Shown one piece after another: positions 9,911 through 24,275 of a stretch of DNA of 64,000 nucleotides. The translations under genes were made by a program, and so were the position numbers. The stretch's first letter is position 1, and every line of letters starts with the position of its first letter. The notes beneath the pieces were generated by a model. It did no database searches and was not told the origin of the DNA. It worked only from the letters and a program-made list of their open reading frames with translations. Source of the DNA: Nemertoderma westbladi (taxonomy: Eukaryota; Animalia; Xenacoelomorpha); contig JAUCBJ010000933.1 in assembly GCA_032718475.1 (NCBI GenBank), forward strand, positions 24,055 through 88,054. The letters are read 5' to 3'.

Positions 9911-12900
9911 ATCGTGAAAGTAACCTAACTCTCCAAGGAAAACCTGAAGTACATCTAAGCCTTTGGGACGGACAGTTGAGTGACTTGTGCCGGTTGTCGT
10001 TGTCTTTGTACGGCTACGTCGTTGGCGAAAGTACAGCGGCGACAACACATCGGCGCTGAGGATCTCGCACTGTCCGGGGGTTGATTGGGGTAGGCAGCGA
10101 CGTCCGCTCGCCTAAATATAAACTCCTTATAATATGGATAAACTCATATATAGCAGATATGACGGAGTTGATAGAAGATGGTCTTGGTATCAGGGAGCGA
10201 TATACTCTACTTTTACAAGCGTTTGTTGATAGCTTAATACGCGGCGACGTTAGTCCAACTGCTGCGGAGGACGATGGTCGTTATATCGAACCGACAATGT
10301 CCCAAGTGCAGCTCTCGCGTGAGTTGGACTATAGAAAATTCGCTGCTCGATATACGCAGCGTAATGGTACGTATACGGGCTTCTTAACTACTGGTCATCC
10401 TATCGATTTACACAATACAGACTATGTCGACTATATATCCTGCCCAGCGGAGTCGGAACCATAAACTGAAATTCGAATGCGAAAATTCTATTCGAAATCG
10501 ACTCGAAAGAAAAGACACTAAAGAAACAAATGGACGCGGTAACTCCAACGTATATTTGGAATTCTTGATAGAAGCATTGTAACAACAAATAAATATCACC
10601 CGCGTTTACCCTACCAGACGTGCGTCTTTGGTATTATTACGATAAATGCCCTAGACCCAACTAATAAACGGAAAGACATAAACATCCACGTAAACCGAAA
10701 CTTGTTGACGTATCACCTATGCTCACTCGGCTCGAACGATCCTGGAGTAAACCTACGATCAGAGTCCCGGAATACTCGGTCAAACCTCCTCATTCCTTAG
10801 TTGGACCTCAGACCTGCGATCCTGGTGGTGTCGCGGATCCTCGCGGACGGTATTCACTGTTCAAGATCTAGTGCTACCCTAACAATTAATCGGTAACACT
10901 CCGACAGTGATTTCTAGCTAGCCGCCCATCTTACCTAGCCGGATTATGACGCAGACACCTAATATCACTATCCAACCGTATGGTCGTCCCGTTTAACGCG
11001 ATACAACCCTTCATCAAGGTGAAGGAGAGCGTTGTACGAAACGAGTTAAACCCTATTCTATAAAGATCAAAAAAGAAACCTGCGTTTGTTCAGATAAACG
11101 TAAGTTATAACAGTAAGTCCAATCGATAAACGAATTGGCCTTATCTCAATTCGATTGGGAAATCCAGAATCTCTAAGAAGTTATCGAACTTGGACGATCC
11201 TATTCTCTGCGAGAGTTTTGGACGAACGTATCCCATGACAAGCGGAGGAAAATCAGCTCGAGGAGAAGCATATCGAAATGGACGAGACACCGACCGTAAA
11301 CCCAAACCTTGTAATGCAATCATATTGCACCCTTCACCCAGGAGTTATGGCCCTCCTAGTAAAGTGGCTTCCCCCAAAGAGAAAATGACTCTGGCTAGCT
11401 TTAAAAAACTGCATAAACGCCGTCCGCGCAAGAAAGACTAACTGTTTAGAGTATTTATGTATATTAGAAATTGTGATTTTGTATATTTTATAGACTTAAA
11501 TCCCATTTTCTGGGAGCGGTGTAAAAGCTTTTGTGGGATAACTGATTCGTTTGCCTTGCTAACCAGTTCCCCCCCAGTCGCTGAATACTCTAAAAGGGGA
11601 TCTATAACTCGAATAGCGCAAGCTACCAGCTTATTGGCTGATTTGCTGTACGCAGGTATCTGGGCTCTGTTTAATCGGCCAACCAGCCTAGAAAGGTTGC
11701 GTCATAGCCTTGTTTTTGTATCTCCCAATAGAATTTGAGTTAGCCTTGATTTTGACCTATCACAGAGCTACTGAACTGAAATTTTCCTATCTCACTGCTC
11801 TTTCTCTGTGTTGAACGGGAGCTTCGTGGAATAAGGGTAGTTGGTATCCTCGTATAGAGTAGTAGTCACGAGTTTTTCAAAGCCACGAAAGAACGGCTTT
11901 GTAGTGTTTTGTGCTTTCTGCTTTTTAGCTCAACACTAGTAGGTTTAATTATAAGGACATATATCCTTTAACTGCAACTGTACACGGCTTTTAATAACTG
12001 CTGACACACGGCTTTTAATAACTGCTGAAACTGCTAAAAATTACCTGCTCAATCAATACTGTATACTGCTATTTGTTGTCGGTTATTCATTATATTGGTT
12101 GATGAATTATTATATTGGAATAACGAGAAATAACCCCGAAAACCCAATATTCTTGATATACCGAAGGTAAGAGAGAAAGGTTACCTATAACGATTGTGAC
12201 TTATGTTAAAGTGGTTTGAAGTGAATCTAATGTTATTTGATAGACCCTACATGAGTCAGTCTGTGTTCCTTTTATATGTGACTAAAATCAGTGAAGATTG
12301 GCAGATTAGTGTGCAGTATTGTGCAGCATTGTGTACGAGTGAGTCTGTTAAAGAAGCATTTCCTAAAGAATGCGCCATATATGTGAATTATAATTAAGCC
12401 ATATCGTTGTGAGTAGTTTAAGTCATAACTCTGTTTATATAAATAAAGCGCCACGTCCTAAAGGAACTGTTAATATTCCCTAAGGTGAATAATATTGTCA
12501 GAGATTATATAATACTGTCAGTCGAATAATACATTAGGCTTACATAGCAATAAAATTAAACCGTCGAACCCAATCTCCCGGGAATATCCAGCGGGTGAAT
12601 GATCGCGCACAGATTGGTTTCGACTAGTGTAGTGAATCAAATACTTGTCATAGGCTAAAAAGCGATTTAATATCTAGAAGACATCTTAATTTGGCGGATT
12701 AAACTGCCAAAGGTCTGAAAGCGCGAACACATCTCTCATTACTCTAAAACAAATACGAAAACTAAAAACTTACATGGATAGCATTAAAAATCACTATTAT
12801 ATACAATATATGACCGTGACTCCATAAAATAGCAACAAGCAACGTTTGTAATTGTAAGTATGGGGTGTGTGTGTGTCTACGCGCCAATGTATTGGGTATG

Positions 12901-12959
12901 TATGTACAACATCAATATGACTCCAGTGGATACACAGTAATGTAATTTGTGTAGGTCAA

Positions 12960-15130
12960 GGATTTGTCTGCCATACATGACGATTATTCCCATAAATTAT
13001 CAGCCGGGGCCACCCTCCATGCTGCCTTCTGACAAAGTGGCCAAAGGAGTCCTTGATCTGGATTTGGACGAACTGCCGTTGATACATGCATTGGAAGTAA
13101 AATGGTGGCCTGAGGAAGATGTATTCACCATCGCACTCAAATCGTAGATGGTGGTCAACCAAGAATGAGTCGCGAAGAGGACAATTCTTTCCATCATAAT
13201 GTCCATCTACGATCCACTAGGGATGGTTGCAGAAATTGCGCTATAAGGAAAGATCATATTACAGAAAAATGTAGGATCAACAAATTGGAATAGGATAAAC
13301 AACTACCACCAACTTTGTTATCCGACTGTATAAAGTGGACTTCCCAACTAGAAATCCTTACAGAGTTACAGATTCCCCGCCTGTACTTCCCTGAAATCCC
13401 AGATACTCCAATATAAAAGTTACATCAATTCTGCGATGCCAACAAATCCGGTTGTGGCACCGTTTCGTACCTGCGTTATGTGGGTGGGGAGGAGAAGCCT
13501 ATTCAAACTAGGCTCATATATTATTCTAGAATGAGACCCACACCCATATCCACACAGACGGTTTCCAGGATGGAGTTATCAGCAGCGGTACTAGAGCACG
13601 CAGAAGTCATCATTGAGTTGGAACTGAAAATCGACCGGAATTACTTCTATTCGGATTCAGAGGTGGTACTATGTCAACTATCAAATAAATCAAGATGCTT
13701 TGTAACCTTAGTAGCAAACTGGATAGAGGAAGTAATAAGGTTCACCGAAATAAGACAATGGAGATATGTTCCTACAGAACTGAACCCAGTGGACTGTGCA
13801 AGCCATGGATTATTCCTGGAAGAGTTTATGACAAGGTTCCACAACTTCTGGTTCTATGGACCAGACTTCCTTAAACTTCCTGATAGGGAGTGGCCTTTAA
13901 AAATTGTCTGTGGTCCCCATACAAGGAAGAAACCGGAAGAGGTGGACGACTATAAACCTTACAAAGAGAAGGAAGTTACGGCATATACCGTAATGGTTGG
14001 AACGGCGGCAGATAGTGAACATCCTATATATAAAGTTCCAGCCGGAAATGGTTCCTTCAATATTAATGTGTACAGGCTTGGAAGCCTAATGATCCTACAG
14101 GATAAGATACTTTTCAACGCCCGACGCAAATGGAATAACTCTATAAGATTCCAACTGATTAGAGTGGACTATAAAGAAATAGCGTTTACAATCATAATGA
14201 AACATCTGCAAGTCAAGCATTTTGCAGCAACTATAAATGATTTGGAAAGAAACATCAAACTGGTTAGAAGCAATCCGTTGAGAAAATTGTGCTTGTTTCA
14301 TGACCCCCTTGGGGTCATTAGATGTTACACAAGATTCCTATATACGGAACTGGATTACAATGAGAAGTTCCCTATATTGTTGCCAGATGAGTCGCCGATT
14401 ACAACAGTGATTTTCAGAGGGGCACATCAAGATATATCCCACCAGGGTTTTGACTACACCTCACATAAGGTGCGACAATGCTTCTGGGTAGTCAAATTAA
14501 GTTCCAAAGTAAAACGTGTAATACGCACCTGCGTAAAATGCCAGAGGAAATGGGGTAAAGCAGGCTCACAGCGAATGGCCTTGCTACCATGGAATAGAAT
14601 GCAAATGTATGACCCACCATTTACCTATTGTGGAGTAGATTTGTTTGGACCCATAACTCTAATGCGCGGCATTGTGGAAGTCAAACGCTACTGAGTGATA
14701 TTTACGTGTTTCGTGCTGTGGCGCTGGATTTAGTGGTGGATTATTCATCTGACGTACTGATTCTAGTGCTGAGAAGATTCATCTGTCGATATGGAAATGT
14801 TTCAATATTGTATTCGGCCCAAGGAACTCACTTTATGGGCACCCAGAATCAGCTGCAGGATATGGTGACCATGGCAAAATACATGGGCAGTATGGCTGAA
14901 TTCCGGCCAGAAGGAACCTAGGAATGGTCAGCACCCAAAGTAAGTCACCAAAATGGGATAACCGAATGCCTAATTAGAACTACTCGAAAAACAGATAGAA
15001 ACTTACACCACCAAGTTATCACTGAAGAAACATTCCGAACTATGTTGGCGGAAGTTGAACTGTTGATAAACTCGAGACCCCTTTGTCAAATGACCGATGA
15101 CCTCAAATCACGCCACCTAATGCTGCTGCC
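12960..15130 (+). pseudogene. Decayed second BEL/Pao pol (RT end, RNase H, integrase)
   Basis: Motifs YDPLG, FCDA, RMELSAAV, YSDSEVVL, WRYVPTELNPVD, PPFTYCGVDLFGP and NSRPL, spread over frameshifted and stop-interrupted ORFs. Confidence 0.92.
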
Positions 15131-15376
15131 TACGATTATAATAGGCCTAGAGCCAAATGTACAGGTTCATTCGACATAATCTGGCTATGATAAATGGTTA
15201 TTTTGTAATGAATGAATGCATGATTCTTTCTAGGCCCCTTTTACGTTTTTATCACAAAGTGCTGCTGGTTACCTTATTCTCACTTTACCACGCGGGGCCA
15301 CGCCTGGTACTAGTGGGGTTTAAGGGTATATCTGTCAATCATTGTGGTATTGCGTTATAAGGGAGGGGCCAATTAT

Positions 15377-15614
15377 AAAAAAAAAAGCAAACAGTCGGCC
15401 GAAGCCGGAGGCGACCCGAAGGCTCCTCTTTCGATAGCTGCTACCCAAGGGTAAGGGTGGGTGCTACTCCTATCCTAAGATTTGCTCCCAGTTATTTAAC
15501 TGGTACGCATTTTATCGACCCCAGTGGATGAAAGGCTGAGTGGACCCTGGCGGGGCTGAACCTACAACTATTAGATTGCAGACCCGGCACTCAACCAACT
15601 GAGCTACCCCGCCC
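15377..15614 (-). mobile_element. tRNA-derived SINE with a Nin/Deu-like central domain
   Basis: Minus strand has A-box TAGCTCAGTTGG and B-box-like GGTTCAGCCCC, then CCACTCAGCCTTTCATCC...GGTCGATAAAATGCGTACC (resembles the Nin/Deu domain as I recall it), then a poly-T tail. Confidence 0.75.
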
Positions 15615-15619
15615 TTTCG

Positions 15620-18600
15620 AGTAAGGCCCGTAATTTCCTGCTCCCAATGCGTATTAGCAGTGCCGATAAGAACGGTCACTTCCATCCCAAAGATTTAAAA
15701 ACTGTGGGTTTACCAGAGAGTGAAAAGGGTGTCACCTGTATCGCCAAGAAAGGGGAGGATAAATCTCTCTGGCAGTTCTTAGTCGATGAAGTCCTCCGGT
15801 ATGGGATGTTTATTTATGATAATGAAAACCATCTGGACAGACCGATTAGCAATAAGGTTAAAAAGCAAATCCTAAAGGACCAGCAACGGGATAAGGAGAA
15901 GGAGATAATCAGACAGCTCGACCTATGTGGCGGTCCACTGCAAGCCGATATGCAGCAACAATATACCGGTACGATAAAGTTTGCTCCCAAGTTCGCTCGG
16001 TTGTAGGATTGGTCGAGGAACAAGCAGAGGCCCAGCCATCACTCGTCCAGAATAGCTCACCAGTAATGGGACGGATGTTGATTTTTGACTTCTTGAAAAC
16101 TGGGCACGAGGAAAATGCCCACCGGAAACCTTAGTTAGACTGTTACTGATAGAACAGGTTATTCAAATCGGTACTGGGAATGGAGCAGACCTCCTTCGAG
16201 ATTTCAACAGTGGTTTTGTTTCCCCTATAACTCCCGTTGTAGACGTACAGAAAATCGTTTATACCTCAATCAGACTCGGTATTTATAGTCAGGAAATGAT
16301 TGATCTCGTGGCCCCCCGGGATGACGATGTTAACATGGATGACTTTAAAGTTGGCACAGGGATGATGGCCTACATATTAGGGCAGTGAGTTTTTATTTTT
16401 TCGATTTCATTGTTCTTCTACTGGTGTGCAAAAGTTGCCAATTGGTAAAAAATTAAGGCAAAAAAATTTAAATTTCTCTAAATTTCATCGATATCTTGAT
16501 GGATCCCAAGGGGGTTGAAATGTTGAGCCTTCGTGATGCACCACAATGAAATTTATAACAATATAACACATTAATGAAAGATCAATGACTCAAGAAAGAA
16601 CTTCCTGCATTCATCAAATGTCATCAAATGGGTCAAAACTTAGTTAGATATCAAAATTTTAATTTTTGGATTAAGGGAACTAGTGCCACAGGCACCTAAT
16701 GGCAGAACCTACCATTTGGCGCAAATGATGATTATTCTCAATTTTTGCAATAGCCAACTTTGAGTTCTCCTACTGCATTAATATTATGCTCATTTGAACC
16801 GCAATGACCGATTTTGTGGGGGTAGACACCTTCTTGAGATATCGCAGAAAATGTGAAGTCCAGGACAAGTCCACATTACCGCCTTGATGCGATATGGACA
16901 AAAACACTAAAAATTATAATTTGAATTATCTCAAGGAAGAAAGAATTACTTCTTGAGTTATTTTACAAAATGTCAAGACTATGTCCACCAATTAATACTT
17001 GATATTTAGTTAACCCATTCCACACATTTTGTACAAAAACTATAGTGAATTAATCACTACTCTTTAATTTTATAGGTGTCTGTATACACTAAATCAATTC
17101 GTTGCAGTGATGTGTATATTTTTGATGCTTTAAGATAATTAGAAGTAACATGTTTTTTTCATATTTGTATATAAATCATTAAGGCACTCATGTTGACTTA
17201 TGACATACTTAACATGTTTTGCAATATCTCAAGAACTTTTTGTTCTGCGCTTGTTTTGATGGTGTCTACCCCCACTAAATAGGTCATTGTGGTTCTAATG
17301 AGCATAATATTAATGCAGTAGGAGAACTAAAAGTTGTCCATCGCCAAATTTGAGAATAAGAGTCACTTGCGCCAAAGAGTAGGTTCTGGCCATGTGCCTG
17401 TGGCACTACTTCCCTTGGTCCCAAAATCAAAATTTTGGTATTTAACTAAGTTTGGACCCACTTGATGACAACTTTTGTGCACCGGTAGAACATTGGAAAA
17501 AAAAAAAGTAAAAAACGCACCGCCCTACTACATACTGAGGGGTGAGGATATGATAACCCACCATGGGGGTAAGGCTGTCATAGCCCTGCAGAAATACAAG
17601 CGCAAATACCATGGCCACAAACCATCTGTCTGGGAGGATGAACTCGGATCCCTATGGAAGGTGTGCGATATGAATTAGATGCCAAACCGTAAAACTGAGA
17701 GTCTCGTTTTGGGCGGCATTGTTTTCCTGTTCATGAAAGACATGATTAACCTACACCCCGAGCATTTCGACATCCTGAATAATAAGACAAAGAAATTCCT
17801 TGCCTCCTCCACCCTAGATGGCTTCATTGGGTATGAAGCCTTAGCCCAATGGAAGGTACTGACTGTTGGCGAAAGTAAGAAATCTGTTTGGGAGATAGCT
17901 GACAACAAGGTAGCGATCGCACCCCAACTGCTGTACAACATACCGGCAGTGACAAATGCGGTCAGGCACTTGGTGGCGGGAAGTCAGCCTACCACACCTA
18001 GGCCAAAATACCATACCATCAACCCAAATTCAAAGTCATAACGCGAAGCGGGACAATACATTGTTAAACAGGAGTGCATACAAGGATAGCAGCTATCCGA
18101 GCTTCCTGCAGCGAAGAAACTACTGCTACAGAGGCAGGAGGGTGTTGGAATCTTCTAAGAGACGTTATGACGTCTTGTTAGAAGAGGAAAGCCTCCCCTC
18201 CACGAGCCCTGCTCCACCACAATCCAATAAGCAACAGTGGAGGCATGAGCCAGTGGCCGAGCCACCTCGCGAGCCTGAAGCGCATCCTGTAACTGCGATA
18301 TAATGGACTATAACTAGAGAGCAACCTTGGAAGGCTCCGGATGTCGAGATACCGTTTGACTTAGACTGCTCCGACCTGGAACGAGTGAGTGCATTGCCAG
18401 AACTCAATATAAACTTTCATATATTCCCGAACATTCCAGTTTTTCAGTTTTAAACTTCCCTCTCCCTGGTTAAATACCTACAGTACCAGACCAATATAAA
18501 CCAGAGATCAGCAAGGATCATACTTTGATTCCCCCCGCCGTGTTTGTTGACAACTTCGTCTATCCGCAGCCAGAGAAGTATGCCAACGTTAAAGGGATGA

Positions 18601-19680
18601 ATGAAGACTATACTGAGTCAATGGACCCCATCGACATCAGGACAACCTTTAACAAGTTCCAGGTCGAGTGGGAGGAGGATGTTGTTAACCTCCAACTCCC
18701 GGAAGAACCAAACGCCTCCAAGGATCTAAACTACACCAAACGATACAGGGCAAGGTTGAAAAAGTCTACTCAACAAAATCTAATCAAATGACTGTAAGAG
18801 TTGCGCAGTAACAATCTTATGGGGTACGATGGACTTTCTGCAAATTAAATAAGTTGGTCCCTCTTCCACTCCGAAACTACTGCGTTGTTAGCAGAAATGG
18901 CGAAAACTTCTGGAAACCCCCTGGTATGGAACCCAATAAGAGGGGAGTAACCAAAGTAAAGATTGAGGGACAATGCACCAAAAGCTGGGAGTGTTGGGCC
19001 GACTTAACCAACGTGGAACAGATAGCTGGTTATGAAGAGCTCGTGTACCTCGCTAGTCACCACTCGGAATTGAAATGGAGGTTAGAGAAAGCGGGAACAA
19101 ATGAGCGATATGATCTACGAGCAAGCGTCTTCACCTTCCCCTTCATCCCTTTGGGTTAGAGATACCTCCAACCAATATCGATTCATATACAAAGCACTTA
19201 TGCACACGGCGACTTACCCCAAGGTCGGACCAATAGCTGTGCAAACCTGGCTGCTCCAGTATATCCCCGGAACACCTTGGGTTTGGTTGACAGATGGAAT
19301 GGGTATGGATTGGGAGATGAACTACGTCCCCCACCCTGAGGTCGTACTTCCTTCAAATCTCAGAGGCCGGGACTGGGATCGACTCTTGCTCCTTGACAGT
19401 ATCCTGAGAAAAACCAATACGCTGGTTCTAGAATGGGCCGATCTACTCGAGTCGGACGGCATGGAGGAGGGATAGAGGCTTGCTTCCCAACTTTTTCTGG
19501 GGCCTTTTTCTTCCCCTGGAATTTATTCCTTGGGAGGAGCTTAGGTCTTGTTATGCTCGGAGCGAGGAAGAGAGTGGGCTACGGTGGTGGTGATTCCCTC
19601 GAGCGAATGACAGCCAACGATCGATATGACATCATTGATGAAAGAACAATGAAAAAGAACCCGCAGTGATAGTTTCAGAT
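15620..19680 (+). pseudogene. Cluster of decayed, intronless orphan ORFs (15620-16390 and 17520-19680); origin unknown (endogenous virus or TE accessory genes?)
   Basis: Consecutive co-oriented ORF fragments joined by stops and frameshifts; more GC-rich than the flanks; no motif I recognise. Confidence 0.4.
16421..17485. mobile_element. Tc1/mariner-type non-autonomous element (TA TSD, CTGG/CCGG termini)
   Basis: TA|CTGGTGTGCAAAAGTTG ... CAACTTTTGTGCACCGG|TA, plus a ~210-bp inverted repeat (16620-16830 vs 17261-17470). Confidence 0.8.
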
Positions 19681-19859
19681 TAACATTGGTAAATGTCTAC
19701 CACTCCATCCCCCTCAAACTCGATATAATGATGGGAGTAAAGATCAGCCCCAACTTGACATTTCTGAAATCATTCTGCATAATACAAACTCGATAATGAG
19801 TAGGAATCCGATGGCTAGAACTAGATTGAACTCTAGGCCGTGTCATAATATTTAGGACC

Positions 19860-19886
19860 ATATATATATATATATATATATATATA
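19860..19886. repeat. (TA)n microsatellite
   Basis: Direct reading. Confidence 0.95.
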
Positions 19887-21886
19887 ATCGATTGCATCTA
19901 TAGTTCCCTTCGTGGAACAAGGCAGTAACGTTGTCTCGTTTGTGTGGTAAAGGAAATTTCATTTTAATGTTGATTTATGAATTACCTCTGGGAGAGAACC
20001 ATAATTATTTGTGCTGTGTATTTAGATAATCTCAAACAGAAACCACGTATATTTTTTGGTCAGTTTTTTTGCAAACACCAGGCACTCACGCAGTGCAGTT
20101 TATTTTTTTTAGGACAAAAACTATTTTTCAAAATCTTGGCCCAAAATCTTTTCCTTTTTATCCCAATTTTTTCACATTTTTTCCAAATTTGCCATGGGGG
20201 GGTAGTGTAATCGATTTTTCACACCTCCGTAGGCAACAATACAAAAATACTCTCCCTCAAGATTCTAATTTAGAAATGCAATAATCTCAACATAATTATT
20301 CCCTCCCCTTCCCTAACCGCAATACCCCATTGCCATTGCCATCTGCAGTACTAAAATCAGCCTGCCAACGCTTTTTACGACTAGAATACGACTGAAAACG
20401 ACCAGATTACAGCTGACACATAGCTTGCCAATGGTGGTTGTAAAGGTTGTAATTATATTTTACAACCAAATTGTCTAGTTGTAAAAGTTGTAATCATAGT
20501 CGTAATGAGTTGTAAATGGGTAGTTGGAAGCCAGGTGTAAACGGAAGTAAACGGTCGTAATCCACCTCTCTGTTTGTCTGTTGTTTAGGTGGCCTTGGTG
20601 TGTGGAAACCATTATTTGAGAAACCCCTCCAAGCAGCAACGAAATCTTCAGACTGGTGTTGCTTGCAGTAATGCCCCCCCCCCCCCCCCCCCCTGTCCCG
20701 CCATTTAATATCTCTCTCTGTCAAGGGGAAATGAAAGGGGAAATGCCACCACCAATTTGGACTAAAGGTCAACTAAAGCCTCTCCCTAAGAAAGGAGACC
20801 TCGGTGTACCTACTGTACAACCTATCGTGGGATCTGTCTGCTTGTGGTGGCTGCCAAAATATACAATAAAATGATCCAATAGAGAATTATACCTCACATG
20901 GAGAAACTGCTGCGTAAGGGCCAAAACGGATTTCGACCAAGTAGATCAACAATAGCTCAGATACTGTACTTGCGCTACGTAGACTGATTGAGGGAATTAA
21001 GTCATAGAATCTCCCCGCAGTCATGACTTTTGTGGACATCAAGAAACATTCGACTCAATCCATAGAGGTAAAATGCTGGAAATCCTAAGAGCTTATGGAA
21101 TACTAGAGGTAATTGTGGCTGGCATTGGATTATTATATTGTGACACAGAACCTCAGGTACTCTCACAAGATGGTGAAACTGAGTTCTTTTCAACCCTGGC
21201 TGGCGTACTGCAAGGTAACACATTGGCGCCATTACTATTCGTTATTGTACTGGATTATGCAATGAGGACGGCCACAAAGTGTGAAGATCTGGGATTCACA
21301 CTACAAGAACGCAGAAGTAGTAGATATCCGGCAATTACAGTCACAGACACCGACTTTGCGGATGACATCGCCCTGCTCTCTAATATGCTAGCAGATGCAC
21401 ATCTTATAATGAATAAGTAGATAGGGCTGCTAAGGAGGTTGGATTGCATATAAATGCTACCAAGACCGAATTCATGACTTTTAATGTTAATGGAAACTTG
21501 ACAACAATTGATAATATTCAACTAAGGAAGGTTGACGACTTCCAGTACCTTGGGCCATGGATAGAGAGTAGCAAGAACGACATAGAAGTTAGTAAAGCAA
21601 AGGCTTGGGCAGCTCTATCAAAAATGGATACCATCTGGAAATCAGATCTCTCCAGGCACCTGAAGACTAAGTTCTTTCGAGCCACAGTGGAAAGTGTACT
21701 TTTCTAAGGGGGTATGACCTGGACACTGACGAAATCACTTGAATGGACACCGAATAATTGATGGTTTGCTACACAATGACTACTAAGGGCAGATGAGAAA
21801 CCACTCTCCCTGAACACAGATTAAGATTCAGTGGGCACTGCTGGAGACGTAAAGACGAGGTCATACCAGGTCATACGAGGTAAGAC

Positions 21887-22108
21887 CAAGGCGACCTCTA
21901 TACAAACAGCAGAATACACTTGCTGAAGTCAGGCAGTGCGGAGTTGTTGGTTGTTGCTGTACATTCCTGCAGTCTAGTACTGTAGTACAGTAGTACCGGT
22001 ACCATACTCGAATGAACCAGTACTGCATTCAGACTGTAAGTATAAATTTCAGCCTAAGCAAATTTCTGCCTTTATTGGGCTGCATGGCCTTGTATTTAGG
22101 TCGCCTTG
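21887..22108. mobile_element. MITE with an 8-bp TSD (hAT- or P-like)
   Basis: TIR CAAGGCGACCT...AGGTCGCCTTG, flanked by a perfect GGTAAGAC duplication (21879-21886 and 22109-22116). Confidence 0.85.
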
Positions 22109-22115
22109 GGTAAGA

Positions 22116-23565
22116 CCCAGTGAAAAATGCGCATGCGCATCGCAAGTGATTTTAAAGCGTCATGCGTTTTTATTGCGGCTCAATAAATAGCGATAAAACT
22201 CTTGTGATTCGCATGTGATTCACATGTAAAATACAGACGCGATTCCACACATGCGATTCGCCTGCGATTCACACCTTATTATACACAAGTGATTCTGCGC
22301 TTGAGATTCACAACTTATTACGCATATTTTAGGCATGTTTTACACCATGAGAACCGCATGAGTTAATTCCCATGTGAATCGCATGTTTTTAATCGCACTA
22401 AAAAAGAATATTAATTAACGTAAAGTTGCATATTAAGAAATAAATTGTTTTAAAATATAAAATTGATGAATATGAATTATCTAATATGTCTGACAAATAC
22501 AAATATTATATTAATATGTTGTATAGAATTGAAAATTATATAGTTAAAAGTGCATCATGGTTATTCTAATATGTTTCTATTATCCTCTATATAATCAACC
22601 ATTTTTAGTATTGATTCATATAGCTGTATAGTAAGTATGCATAATGTTCTAGGTCTTGGCTATAGAGTGTAATGTATGATAAGTAAGTAGGCAGATGGTA
22701 TAGTAGCCCATAATACAGTAATGGAATAATCAACTACTGTACTGTACAATATCATATTTTCAGTCACTACATAGACCGTTTTAGTATATTATAAAATTAC
22801 ACGAAAATCACAACCGGTTGTGATGAACGCATAAATATCGCAAAAATCTGCTGGTTAACGAGCAGATTTTTGCGATATTTATGCGTCATGACTCATGAAA
22901 GTCGCAAGTGAATCACATGCGAGCTTTATGCGCCATAACGCATGTTGTTGCGATATATATGCGACTGAACGCAAGTTGTTGCGATATATATGCGACTATG
23001 ACTACAGTAAACGCAAGTAAGTCACAGGTGAATCTCAAGTGAATCGCATGTGAGTTTTATGCGATTGAACGCAAGTTGTTACGATATTTATGTGATATAA
23101 CTCAAGTAGGTCGCTTGCGTAAAGGTCGGGCCATAACGCTTGGGAATCACATCAGATACGCCTGCTTTGCACGCTTGGTTATATGGCAAATATGTCTCGT
23201 AGGATAGCCCCATGAGGCATAGCCTCATCTCCCTGGGGGTCCTCTAAAAAATAATGGGGTAAGTACGAAATGTGCAAATGGATCTACTGCACGTACGATA
23301 GCAGATTGCAACAGGTCTAGGGTTAATTTCAGACACCATCAACTAAAAATAATCATTAAAAATAAATATTTGGAATTGCATGCAATGTCACAATTAATTG
23401 TAGCCAATGATTGGCTAATTACGTACAAGTAAAAGGTTGGCAAAATTAAAAATAAGGATAAGTAAAAGTAAAAGTAAAATAAATTAAAATTAGGTAAGTA
23501 AAGTGGGTTAATTAAGATTCAAATTAAATTAAAACTTGCGATACGCTTGCGCACTTTTCATTGGG
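22116..23565. mobile_element. Non-autonomous TIR element with CCC...GGG ends (EnSpm/CMC-like)
   Basis: CCCAGTGAAAAATGCGCATGCGCATCGCAAG ... CTTGCGATACGCTTGCGCACTTTTCATTGGG; many subterminal GATTCGCATG-type repeats. Confidence 0.7.
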
Positions 23566-24275
23566 CAGATCTACTTTTCTGGTAACTACAGTAACACAAA
23601 GGAACGTGTAGCCGTGGACGACCGGCTATAACATATATAGGGCCTACCGGGTTGAGAGGGATATTGAACTTGAGAGAAACGCAACTGCGACAACTATGGA
23701 GAATCGGGAAGCCTGGAAGGATCTCATTTCCACTGTCCGAGTTTGCTCGACCTTGTAGTAGTATATATTTTTATTATAAAAGATATAACAGCACCGGTAC
23801 CAGTAATAGTTTCAATTTCAACTTATGTTAACCGGTAACGGATCATAGCATAGCGACCTTTATTAAAGGTCGCTATGGATCATAGCCATATAATACATTC
23901 AGACACCCACCGCTTCCACTTGTGACTTTCCAGTTAGTTAAAAGGCATATCACCTTGCAGCCTTGACTCCACCATTCACCAGCGGTATACAGGCTGACAG
24001 GTATAACAGTACTGCAGTAGGCCTATACAGCGCTATAGGCCATTTTAGGCCTACCGTCAGACCGTACTGCCGTACAGCCGTAACGTTAAACATTAGGCCT
24101 ATATACTGATATACTGACTGACTGACAGACTGATATACTATACTACCGCTGTACCGGTACCTGACTCCTGGACTCTACCACCGGCTGACCGGTACGGGCT
24201 GACGGGACGGGGTTATACATAATTTTGTGTTAATAAAGGCTGACTGGCTGAAAGGTAGGCCTATTGCCTATACTG

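Larger units (their letters stand above)
20730..23763 (+). mobile_element. 5'-truncated, decayed RTE-like non-LTR retrotransposon, interrupted by two MITEs
   Basis: RT motifs PKKGDL, QNGFRP.RST, GVLQGNTLAPLLF, FADDIALL, DFQYLG, FFRATVESVL. The C-terminus (GHCWRR...DLLFW...RGRP...MENREAWK) resumes at 23566 and ends in a (TAG)n tail. Confidence 0.85.

Noticed and set aside
15540-15614. Functional tRNA gene (likewise 33078-33155 and 48768-48840)
   Set aside because: Stems are imperfect and B-boxes degenerate, and two of the three run straight into SINE bodies.
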